Source of the DNA: Chloroflexota bacterium
GTDB taxonomy: Bacteria > Chloroflexota > Anaerolineae > UBA7937 > B3-Chlor
Length of the DNA: 64,000 nucleotides
Reading direction: 5' to 3'
Assembly (NCBI GenBank): GCA_030603665.1
Contig: JAUVXJ010000008.1
Location: 94,900-158,899 of the forward strand
Under the pieces are notes generated by a model, which saw nothing but the letters and a program-made list of their open reading frames with translations, had not been told where the DNA came from and ran no database searches. A program made the translations under genes and the position numbers. Positions 10,026 to 18,335 of this stretch are shown in pieces. How positions within the stretch are numbered: position 1 is the first letter of the stretch; every line of letters starts with the position of its first letter.

Positions 10026-10547
10026 CTACTGTCCGCCCTTGGCCTCTACACCGCGTCGCCATTCGAAGAGGTACCAGATGGCCACGGCCGACGGGATGAG
10101 CGGGACCATGACGCTCCAGAGGCGCTCGCGCCCAAGGACGCCCTCCAGCACCAGGAGGACGCCTATGGCCAAGAGGAGGGCGCCAGGCACGAGGGGCCAG
10201 TACCGGCTCTCGATCTCCTCGACCTCGGTTAGTGTGCCCGTGATGTAGATGCCCATGAAGGCTAGCCCCAGGCCAAGCAGGGTCAACGGGAGGCTCTGCA
10301 CAGCAAGGGCTTCCAGGCTCACGGCCCAGAAACTCAAGCCAAAGCCGGTCAGCAACCAACCGGTGATCAGCGTCAACGGTTCGCGTATCCAGTTGGCGAA
10401 GTAGAGAACGAGAAAGACCAGCCCGATGACGAAGAGCATCAACCCGGGATGGATGAGGCCGGGGGCGAGGAGTTGGACCATGCTGACCACGGCCATCACA
10501 ATGATGATCAGCACTGGCAGAGTGGATGGAACCTGTTTTGTAGTCAT
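10026..10547 (-). CDS. integral membrane protein (hypothetical, about 6 TM)
   Basis: AAGGAG lies before the internal ATG (MTTKQ). The sequence is strongly hydrophobic and helix-rich. The overlapping ORF 9601..10359 is Arg/Pro-rich and is taken to be a shadow ORF. Confidence 0.6.
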   Translation of the reverse strand: MTTKQVPSTLPVLIIIVMAVVSMVQLLAPGLIHPGLMLFVIGLVFLVLYFANWIREPLTLITGWLLTGFGLSFWAVSLEALAVQSLPLTLLGLGLAFMGIYITGTLTEVEEIESRYWPLVPGALLLAIGVLLVLEGVLGRERLWSVMVPLIPSAVAIWYLFEWRRGVEAKGGQ

Positions 10548-10732
10548 CTTCCTACTCCTTTGATGTGAGATCATCTGTCGGGATACTGCCTACACCAGTG
10601 GAGCAACCCCACCTCGGATTCTCGATCCATCAGGCGCGGATGCCCCTCTTCTCTAGCTCGATGCGTCTACCTCCTTTCTCTTGGCGATTTCACACGAACA
10701 AAGACTACTCAGTCACAAGACTCCACACCCCT

Positions 10733-12454
10733 CTATTCCTCTCGCACCTCTGCTGGCCTCGGCCTCGCCAGAGGTATCCGATCGGTGACCGCCCTGGTCG
10801 CCAGGGCTATCACTGGCGCGATCAACGCTGCCAAACCAGTAGGGAGCAGTTGCAGGAGATCGAGGTAGTACTTCATGCCCCACTTCAAATCGGGCAGATA
10901 CCAGTTCCACTCCAGGCCGTAGAACCAATAGAAGAGTCCCACCTGCAACAGCAGCCCCAACCCTACGAAGAGGGACATGTTGACCGCGCCCATGGCGGTT
11001 TGCAGAATGGTCCTGCCCCTCATCAAGATGCCCACCACAACTGCACCGATGAGCAGGCAAATCGCCCCTTCGATGATCCTTTGCTGGAGGAAACCAGGGA
11101 TCAGGTACTCCTCGTTGAAGGTGCTCAAAGACCACGCGAACCCTCGGATGAAGAAGTACCCGTTGTAGAGGAGGAAGTAGGTCGCAGCGCCGATGAGGGG
11201 GACCAGCAGCTCGCGCTTCCTGGGGTAGAAGGCCAGATAGAGGGCAGGAATGACCAGGATCAGAAGCACGACGGGCAGGCGGCCCAGCCTCTCCCTCCAA
11301 AGCCTGCTCTGCCTGGCTTCCTCGGCGTGCCGCCGGATCGCTGTGGCGAACTCCGTGGCGCGCTCATAGGCACTCTCATAATCGCCTTGCGCCAGCGCTT
11401 GGGCGGCCTCCGCCAACTCCTCGCCTGCGTAGGCGCCGGCCCCAATCTCGCTCAGGTATTGGGTGTAGAACAGATCTTGTTGTTTGGCCGTATCCACAGC
11501 CCGCCCGGCTCTGCTCTGCGAGGACGTCTGTAGGAGGTCGAAGAGGGGCTGACCCTGGTTGTGAGTCGGCATGGCTATCCCCAGCAGGGCGGCCACCGTG
11601 GGGGCGATACGTGCCTGCTCCACCTCGCCATAGAAGCCCGGCGTGATACCCTCGCCGGCGATGACCAGCGGCGTGAGTATCACCTCCTCTTCCCAACCGC
11701 CATGCCCGCCAGTGTCGAGGTGCCCATGGTCTGAGTTGAGGATGAGCACCGATGAATTGAGATCCATCGCCGCGGCGATCTTGGCGATGCGCGAGTCGAT
11801 CTCCCTGGCGAACTGGGCATACTCCTCGCTGGCACCTCCATAGTGATGTCCGGACCAGTCGGAACCTGAGAAGTGGATCCAGAGCAGGTTGGGCTTCGCC
11901 TCCAGGGCGACCAGGCTCTCCTCCAGTATGATGTCGTCGGCGGCCTTGCGGTTGTCCTTGGGAATCTCCGGGAAGATGGGTGAATCCAAGCAAGTCTCGA
12001 AGAGTTTCGGTCCCCCAGCCTCCTGCACCATGGCCGTGGTCAAACCCATCGCTTGCGCGGCGCAATAGATGCTGTCCACCGGGGGTATGGGACCATCATA
12101 CCAGTTGGTCGTCACCCCGCTCATTTCCTGATAGGTGCCAGAGTTGATCACCGCGAACGAGGGTATGGAGAGGGACGGCTGACCAACCCGAACGGCGAGA
12201 TCGGCGCCCTGAGCCCGGAGGCTGTTCCAAGCTTCCAGATCCTGCGAGGTGTCCAGGCGCAGGCCATCCTGAAGGACGATGACTACCTGATCTGTGACTG
12301 GCTCCCCTCCCTGACCGGCAGGAAGAGGGGCTGTATACGAGCTCTGATAGTCCACCAGCCCGTCCCAGCTGTGCTGCATGATCTTCTGGCCGCCAAAGCC
12401 CATGACTGCAAGCAGCAGTGGGACTATCACCAGAACTGCAATCCTCTTAGCCAT
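10733..12454 (-). CDS. alkaline-phosphatase-superfamily enzyme (type I phosphodiesterase/nucleotide pyrophosphatase-like) with C-terminal polytopic membrane domain
   Basis: GGGAGG SD. N-terminal anchor, HFSGSDWSGHHYG and LNSDHGHLDTGGHGGWE metal-site motifs, then about 6 TM helices. Confidence 0.7.
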   Translation of the reverse strand: MAKRIAVLVIVPLLLAVMGFGGQKIMQHSWDGLVDYQSSYTAPLPAGQGGEPVTDQVVIVLQDGLRLDTSQDLEAWNSLRAQGADLAVRVGQPSLSIPSFAVINSGTYQEMSGVTTNWYDGPIPPVDSIYCAAQAMGLTTAMVQEAGGPKLFETCLDSPIFPEIPKDNRKAADDIILEESLVALEAKPNLLWIHFSGSDWSGHHYGGASEEYAQFAREIDSRIAKIAAAMDLNSSVLILNSDHGHLDTGGHGGWEEEVILTPLVIAGEGITPGFYGEVEQARIAPTVAALLGIAMPTHNQGQPLFDLLQTSSQSRAGRAVDTAKQQDLFYTQYLSEIGAGAYAGEELAEAAQALAQGDYESAYERATEFATAIRRHAEEARQSRLWRERLGRLPVVLLILVIPALYLAFYPRKRELLVPLIGAATYFLLYNGYFFIRGFAWSLSTFNEEYLIPGFLQQRIIEGAICLLIGAVVVGILMRGRTILQTAMGAVNMSLFVGLGLLLQVGLFYWFYGLEWNWYLPDLKWGMKYYLDLLQLLPTGLAALIAPVIALATRAVTDRIPLARPRPAEVREE

Positions 12455-12665
12455 GATCGTACCTCCCTCTCAGAAATGTGTGTGTCAATGCCAGTATCCG
12501 TGATCCGCCTCGCGGGCACGTTGCTTCTCGGCCTGTGGTGTCCTGAGCTTCTGTCATGGTTCGTCCTCCCACTTGCCCCGGGTAGTGCACACCTCCCTGG
12601 ATTACCGCAGCGCCTGTCTCTTGAGCTATGAGGGCTAGTTCTTCAGCGGCGGATTTGAGTGTCAT
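12447..12665 (-). pseudogene. decayed tandem duplicate of the leader module (small ORF + first ~25 codons of the zinc-ribbon gene)
   Basis: MTLKSAAEELALIAQE...GGRTMTEAQDTTGREATCPRGG parallels MTLKSNAEELAPKAQE... + MTEAEDSTDRAAEPVACPECG at 13438..13280. This copy is truncated where the phosphodiesterase gene begins. Confidence 0.45.
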
Positions 12666-12668
12666 GGT

Positions 12669-13349
12669 TCACTTGCCTTTGCCATATGCCCATCGAGCCC
12701 GGGCGGTTTGAGGTACCGAGGCACCGCACTCTTCGCAGTTCGTTCCCCCGACTGGATTGTAGAGCCCACAGTCATAGCAGATAAGCGTCCCGCTCTTCTC
12801 CTTGGTCTCTTTCAGCATACGTTCAAAGTCTGCGAATTCCTCTGGCATCGGTGAGAAGTCTGTGAATCTCTCTGGCTTCGGTGCAAAGTCCGCCCATTCT
12901 TCTTGGTCTGCGGAGAGGAGGTCTCGTACCTCGTGCAGCGGACTAGTGGACGTTCCGCCTGGTATGAATGCCACCTCGTCTCTGGGACAGAAGTACAAAC
13001 GCTTCCAGAACCTCATACCTTCTTCCCATTTCGACCTTTGCTGCCCTCTGGATGCCAGTCGTTTAAGGCCCCAGCCAATAGGAAGAACCGCCACCCAGAG
13101 TACAATCTCGAAGGCGTCCAGGTCTGCGCCGACAGATAAGAGAACGCATGCCAGGGCTACTGCCAAGAGGAGACCGCCCACCACTAAAACAACCCCCCAC
13201 GAATCAAGCGAACTAGGTCTGTCTGGTGGACCGTACTCGGCGGGCCAGTCGGGGATGGTGGCTATCTTCTGGACAAGGTCAGCCTCGCCGCATTCTGGAC
13301 ACGCAACAGGTTCTGCCGCTCGGTCTGTGCTGTCTTCAGCTTCTGTCAT
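12669..13349 (-). CDS. double zinc-ribbon membrane protein (hypothetical)
   Basis: AGGGAGGA SD before the ATG at 13349 (MTEAED). CPECG near the N-terminus, two TM helices, and a C-terminal CYDCG...CEECG ribbon. Confidence 0.6.
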   Translation of the reverse strand: MTEAEDSTDRAAEPVACPECGEADLVQKIATIPDWPAEYGPPDRPSSLDSWGVVLVVGGLLLAVALACVLLSVGADLDAFEIVLWVAVLPIGWGLKRLASRGQQRSKWEEGMRFWKRLYFCPRDEVAFIPGGTSTSPLHEVRDLLSADQEEWADFAPKPERFTDFSPMPEEFADFERMLKETKEKSGTLICYDCGLYNPVGGTNCEECGASVPQTARARWAYGKGK

Positions 13350-13438
13350 GGTTCTTCCTCCCTGTAGGCAACGCACTCCGCACCGCCAATCTCTTGAGCT
13401 TTGGGGGCTAGTTCTTCAGCGTTGGATTTGAGTGTCAT
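13346..13438 (-). CDS. 30-codon upstream ORF (MTLKSNAEELAPKAQEIGGAECVAYREEEP) overlapping the next start by ATGA
   Basis: Its N-terminal 16 residues are conserved in the duplicated copy at 12665. The stop overlaps the start of the zinc-ribbon gene. Function unknown. Confidence 0.35.
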   Translation of the reverse strand: MTLKSNAEELAPKAQEIGGAECVAYREEEP

Positions 13439-13511
13439 TGATCACCCCGTTATCTCTGCACTGTCGAGAGCAGGCCGGAACAGCCGTGAGTCGTCGGCTT
13501 GTTGTGTCGAC

Positions 13512-14498
13512 TTATGGCTTGCGTGCGACCGTCTCTTCCCACCCTTCGGGCATGACCGTTGAATCATCCAGCGTTGCTCCTTCGAGAACGGCCTTCAACA
13601 GGTCGGCCTTATGGAGATTGGCCCTCCAGAGGTTGGCTCCTTGTAGGTTGGCATCATCGAGGTTCGCGGTGGAAAGGTCCGCCCCTTCCAGGTTCGCCCT
13701 GGACAGGTCGGCGCTCATGAGGTTGGCCCCTCGAAGGTCGGCGCTGGACAGATCTATCCCCGTAAGGTCACGACGTGACAAGTCAACGCCTTTCAGGCTC
13801 TCTCTCGCCTGATGGTATCGCTTGGCAGCCTCGTAAGCCTCTCGTTTCACCCGCTCTCTCTGTTCTATGTCGGCTGCTCTTGACCTCCACCAGCTTGCGA
13901 GAAGCAGGGGGCCAGCTACCAGCGGAAGCAGGACGCTAGTTCCGGCCACCAGTCTGGCGGCATATGAATGCCCGGGAATATGCCCGGCGACTGGGTCCCA
14001 GACCAAGACAATCCACAATAAGCCATCCAGTATCAGCACCACTCCTCCAACAGCCTCGGAGCGACCTAGGATGAAGACGGTGACGAAGACAGGCAACAAG
14101 AATAGTCCCGCAGAGCAGACAACCTCATCCGGCGTTAACCCCTTTGTACCAGGGCCAAACGCCAAGTAGAGGAATGCGTACGCTGCCCAGGTGACTGTCA
14201 AGCCCCATGCGACATGCCGCGTCAACGTTGGCCTTCGGTCTGCGGTAGGCTTCAGTAGGGACTCAGTCAGCCCTAGTGCGCTCAGAATCAGCTCCACTAG
14301 TGTGGCCACAATTACCTCCTTTCCACCACGGGTCAGGTGACAATGATTCGCCTTGTCTAGGACGAGGTAACGTATGCCAGCAGGTCCGTGAAGTAGGGGA
14401 ATCAGGGGCCCCACCACGATGTTGACACCCGCGGCTACCAACGAACTGCCGGTGCGTAGCTGACTTTCGTCCCTTGCTCGGCGCCACTCTTGCCTCAC
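13512..14498 (-). CDS. polytopic membrane protein with C-terminal pentapeptide-repeat domain
   Basis: Multiple TM helices followed by A(D/N)LxxA(N/D)L repeats (DLSSADLRGANLMSADLSRANLEGADLSTANL...). Confidence 0.75.
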   Translation of the reverse strand: MRQEWRRARDESQLRTGSSLVAAGVNIVVGPLIPLLHGPAGIRYLVLDKANHCHLTRGGKEVIVATLVELILSALGLTESLLKPTADRRPTLTRHVAWGLTVTWAAYAFLYLAFGPGTKGLTPDEVVCSAGLFLLPVFVTVFILGRSEAVGGVVLILDGLLWIVLVWDPVAGHIPGHSYAARLVAGTSVLLPLVAGPLLLASWWRSRAADIEQRERVKREAYEAAKRYHQARESLKGVDLSRRDLTGIDLSSADLRGANLMSADLSRANLEGADLSTANLDDANLQGANLWRANLHKADLLKAVLEGATLDDSTVMPEGWEETVARKP

Positions 14499-15205
14499 CT
14501 GATGGGAACAAAGTCCTCTCCTGCGGGAGGTATCCCCAGAAGGACCACCCTGACGTAATCCTGGGAGGTCCGACGGAACACGTTCACATAGCCCTCGCGA
14601 GTCCTTCGTGCCGACACATACATCACCATGTTTGGGTCAAAGATGGTCTTGCTCACTGCGCTCAACCGGATTCCAAGATCGATGTCCTCAGCAGAGAGCA
14701 GCGATGTGTTGAATCCTCCCACCCTCCAATAGTCACGTGTTCGCACGGCGAAGTTGTTGCCCATGATCATGCCTCTGCCGAGGGTGTAGCTCAGTCTCGT
14801 CCCCCAGTTGCATACGTACCTCGCAGCCCAGCGCTCAAAGCTGTTCCCGTCGTGGACCAGTATGCGACCAGTCACTGCGCCCAGTGTCTCGTCGCTGCGG
14901 AAGGCCCTGGCGATCTGCTGCAACCAGGTCGGCGGGGCGATGGTGTCCGCATCGGTGCCGGCGATGATCTCACCCCTGGCCTCTTGAGCCCCTCGGTGTC
15001 TCGTCCAGCCGACACCCCTCTGCGGCTCGTGAACGACCTTGACTCCGAACCCTCGTGAGATTTCGGCGGTGCGATCTGTACTTGCGTTGTCTGCCACGAT
15101 TATCTCATAGAGTTCGGCCGGGTAGCTCTGGGCGCAGAGCGAAGAGAGGCACTGCCCTATGTACTCTTCCTCGTTGAGCGCTGGTATCACGACTGATATG
15201 AGCAT
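14495..15205 (-). CDS. family 2 glycosyltransferase
   Basis: N-terminal ISVVIPALNEE, with DNASTD and DAD motifs. There is a 4-nt overlap with the downstream pentapeptide gene. Confidence 0.85.
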   Translation of the reverse strand: MLISVVIPALNEEEYIGQCLSSLCAQSYPAELYEIIVADNASTDRTAEISRGFGVKVVHEPQRGVGWTRHRGAQEARGEIIAGTDADTIAPPTWLQQIARAFRSDETLGAVTGRILVHDGNSFERWAARYVCNWGTRLSYTLGRGMIMGNNFAVRTRDYWRVGGFNTSLLSAEDIDLGIRLSAVSKTIFDPNMVMYVSARRTREGYVNVFRRTSQDYVRVVLLGIPPAGEDFVPIR

Positions 15206-15296
15206 CCTCAGCCTCCCATTTCAGACAGTATTCCGGCTGACATCAATGTTGAAGCCTTTCGCGAAGGTAACCTCGCGCGCCGCAGATGCGGTAGGG

Positions 15297-16307
15297 TCAG
15301 GGATTCTCCTCGGCAGAGCCAGTGTTGACCATTTCCCCCGGCCTCTTTGCGGCCTGCGCCAAGCCAAAGCCCGGCACGTATCGGTCCAAGAAATCGTCGA
15401 TGTAGGCCTTGAAGGTCACGGGATCCGTCCTCATGCACTGAGCATGGGGCGCGCCCCAGTCCGTCACATACAGCACCTTGCGATCATGTTTGACATTCGC
15501 GTAGATGGCTTCGGTATGGGCCGGCGATATTGCATCATCTTGCAGGGAATGGATCAAGAAGATGGGGGCCTCTATGTCTCGCGCTGCCAGCATGGGAGAA
15601 ACAGCCGCGGGGTCGAAGTCGGCGCGCCAGCCCGCGAAGAGAAGGACGGTGGGCATCAGGATGGCTCTGGCCAGCGGGCCATATCGTTGCTCCGCCTGTT
15701 CCCCGATAAGCGTTGGCAAGTCCTGGAAGGGCGCTTCGGCGGCCACGAAGGCCAAATCTGGCTCCAACGCGGTCGCTTGCAAGACCGTTGCTGCGCCATA
15801 CGACAGTCCCATCAGGCCGATCTGGGAGACCTCCAGCCCAGTGCGTTCGGCGAACCAGTTCAGTACGGCAAGCGAGTCTTCCTTTTCGTAGTGGCCGTAG
15901 GTGGAGTACTCACCGGTGCTATCGCCGTGGTGCCGCGAATCGAACATCATCAGGTCGCAGCCGCGGTCCCAGAACAGAGGCGCGTACATGAGAGTCTCGA
16001 CTCGAGCGCCGCCGCGACCATGGTGCAGAATCACGCCACAGTCTCCGTTCAACTCGTTCTCGAATAGCCACCCGGAGAGCACGATCCCCTCGCCCAGGTC
16101 GAGCGAGACATCTTCGGGTTGCGGCAGGCCGAGCCCATCCAGGTCATAGGGGCCCATGAACGGCTCTGTACGCTCCCAGGCCTCCTCCAGAGTTTCATGT
16201 TTGTAGGCCACCACCTCAGTGGAGAAGTACCAGCAGTTCCACAGGTAGTAGGCTACAGCCAGGGACACGACGACCGGAATAGCGACCCCAAACACTTTTC
16301 GTTTCAT
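15297..16307 (-). CDS. membrane-anchored alpha/beta hydrolase (paralogue of 33853..34818)
   Basis: SD GAGGAT before the internal ATG (MKRKVFG). N-terminal TM, a GLMGLSYGA nucleophile elbow, and later D and H residues. It is roughly three-quarters identical to the second copy, by eye alignment. Confidence 0.8.
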   Translation of the reverse strand: MKRKVFGVAIPVVVSLAVAYYLWNCWYFSTEVVAYKHETLEEAWERTEPFMGPYDLDGLGLPQPEDVSLDLGEGIVLSGWLFENELNGDCGVILHHGRGGARVETLMYAPLFWDRGCDLMMFDSRHHGDSTGEYSTYGHYEKEDSLAVLNWFAERTGLEVSQIGLMGLSYGAATVLQATALEPDLAFVAAEAPFQDLPTLIGEQAEQRYGPLARAILMPTVLLFAGWRADFDPAAVSPMLAARDIEAPIFLIHSLQDDAISPAHTEAIYANVKHDRKVLYVTDWGAPHAQCMRTDPVTFKAYIDDFLDRYVPGFGLAQAAKRPGEMVNTGSAEENP

Positions 16308-16370
16308 TGAGATATCCTCATTTAGCATCAGCGCCAGCCCGCCTGGGGGCATAACCTGCCAAAGCCCTTG

Positions 16371-17630
16371 CTAGTGTGGATCTTCCTCTGGCTTGCTGGC
16401 GACGATGTTCTTCCAGCCTTGGGGCATGATAGTCCCATCGCTCACCTTTGCTCCAGCGAGGTGAGCGCCCTCTAGGTTAGCCGATTCCAACCGGGCACCT
16501 TGCAGGTTTGCACGAAAGAGGTTCGCGTTGGAAAGGTCTGACCCCTCCAGGTTGGCACGGGATAGATTCGCCTCCGACAGATTCGCCCCTGCCAGTCTCG
16601 CCTCCAAGAGAATCGCTCGCTCCAGATTTGCCCACTGAAGGTTGGCCTCTGTGAGGACCGCGCTCCGCAAGTTGGCAGAGTGGAGGTGGGCTTCCATCAG
16701 GGCGGCCGATCCCAAGTGGGCACCTTGGAGGTTCGCCCGATAGAGGTTCGCATGGGACAGGTCTGACCCTCTGAGGCGGGCACCGGTTAGGTTCGCGTTT
16801 CTGAGGTTTGCTCCTGCGAGAAGAGCGCCCTCTAGATTGGCCCCTTCCAGGTCGCCATACCGCAGATCAGCCTCTTCGAGGTCTGCTCCTTTGAGGACCG
16901 CACTCTGCAAGCTAGCACGGTAGAGGTATGCTGCCTGCAGGTTCGCTCCCTCCAAGTTGGCCTCTTGGAGGTTGGCCCCAAAGAGGTTCGCATTCGACAG
17001 GTCAGACCTTTCGAGGTTGGCACGGGATAGATTCGCCTCCCTGAGACTTGCCCCTACCAAGGAGGCCTCCGGAAGAATCGCCCCCTCCAGATCTGCCCCC
17101 GGTGCGTACGCCCCTTGGAGCTCGGCCTTGGAGAGCTCCATCCCCGTCAAATGACTACGGATCATGTCAGCCCCGAGCCGGCGCGCCCCTCGCGATGCCT
17201 CTCGCGATGCCGCTATTCGGTCCCACATCTCAGCGACCTCAGCGCCCAGGCCTTTCGCCGCCCTCCAGCCTAAGACAGCGACGAGAGCCAGCAGAGTCCC
17301 GAAGATAAGGACCATCTGCAGGCAGGCGGCGCTGGGATTCGAGGAGACCCACTCCGGGAAAGTTTCCACCGCTCCCTCCCAAAGCCCGAACAACACGCAA
17401 ACTGCTGTCGAAATCAGCAAACCTCCAAGGGGGCCCAGCACCTTGTACGTAGCGGGGACTCGCCGTTTTGGCTGCGGCCTACTTCCCTCCGGACGGGACT
17501 CCGCCTGAAACGCCCTTTTCAACTTCATGGCCTCCTCACCAGAGGGGGCCTGTGTCAGGCTCATACCGCACTCGGAACAGAAAACCGCGTCAAGGGCGTT
17601 CTCGGTCTGGCAGTTGATACAAAGCTTCAT
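16371..17630 (-). CDS. zinc-ribbon / 3-TM / long pentapeptide-repeat protein
   Basis: CINCQTEN...CSECG ribbon, TM helices, then about 230 aa of uninterrupted pentapeptide repeats. Confidence 0.8.
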   Translation of the reverse strand: MKLCINCQTENALDAVFCSECGMSLTQAPSGEEAMKLKRAFQAESRPEGSRPQPKRRVPATYKVLGPLGGLLISTAVCVLFGLWEGAVETFPEWVSSNPSAACLQMVLIFGTLLALVAVLGWRAAKGLGAEVAEMWDRIAASREASRGARRLGADMIRSHLTGMELSKAELQGAYAPGADLEGAILPEASLVGASLREANLSRANLERSDLSNANLFGANLQEANLEGANLQAAYLYRASLQSAVLKGADLEEADLRYGDLEGANLEGALLAGANLRNANLTGARLRGSDLSHANLYRANLQGAHLGSAALMEAHLHSANLRSAVLTEANLQWANLERAILLEARLAGANLSEANLSRANLEGSDLSNANLFRANLQGARLESANLEGAHLAGAKVSDGTIMPQGWKNIVASKPEEDPH

Positions 17631-17723
17631 CGTGATTCTCCTACCAGCCTCTGGTCTCCGAACACCACGCTATCTCCCTGGTCGATTGACGGATTGCTCC
17701 TCTGCAAAGTCGCGGAGGGCCGA

Positions 17724-18335
17724 CTACTTCCTCCGCGGCATGGTCAGGAACCTCCTCAGGCCCGACCACCGCTTCTTGATGATCAAGTGGTCGTCTGTCT
17801 TGCGCTCATGTGTCGTCATGAAGAGCAGACTGAATGCCACCCCCAGCAGCAGGTACCACCACGACCGCGTGAGCAACCCGATGATGACGGGACCCGCCAC
17901 GAGGTTGACGCGCGTGGCGATGAACGAACTGCCGGTGAGCAAGCGGATCAGGAGCCACAGGACGCCGACCGCCACCGCCGCGGGCCAGGAGATAATAAGG
18001 AGGGAGGTCGCCGCGATGGTGTTGCCGCGCCCGCCGGCGCCCCGCAACCAGATAGGCCAGCGCGTGCCTGCGAAGGTGGCCAGCACTGCTAGGCCGATAG
18101 CCATGTCTCCGCCTACTAGAGAGCGGGCCAGGTAGATAGCCAGCACCGCCTTGGAGATCTCGGCCAGGAAGACCAGCACCCCTGCCCAGCGAGCCACGCT
18201 GATCCCCACGTTCATCACGCCCACATTGCCGCTGCCCATCTGTCGCAAGTCCTGGCCGGTGACGAGCTTGGCCACAATCCAGGCGACGGGGATGGAGCCG
18301 ATCAAGTAACAAGCCGCAATCAACGCCAGTATCAT
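17724..18335 (-). CDS. plsY: glycerol-3-phosphate acyltransferase PlsY
   Basis: The N-terminus YLIGSIPVAWIVAKL..G.DLRQ.GSGN.G..N and the roughly 200-aa polytopic layout are characteristic of PlsY. Confidence 0.85.
   Translation of the reverse strand: MILALIAACYLIGSIPVAWIVAKLVTGQDLRQMGSGNVGVMNVGISVARWAGVLVFLAEISKAVLAIYLARSLVGGDMAIGLAVLATFAGTRWPIWLRGAGGRGNTIAATSLLIISWPAAVAVGVLWLLIRLLTGSSFIATRVNLVAGPVIIGLLTRSWWYLLLGVAFSLLFMTTHERKTDDHLIIKKRWSGLRRFLTMPRRK

Noticed and set aside
9601-10359. A 252-aa minus-strand ORF overlapping the membrane-protein gene 10026..10547.
   Set aside because: It is Arg/Pro/Gly-rich with no recognisable domain. The alternative frame encodes a clean polytopic membrane protein with an SD.
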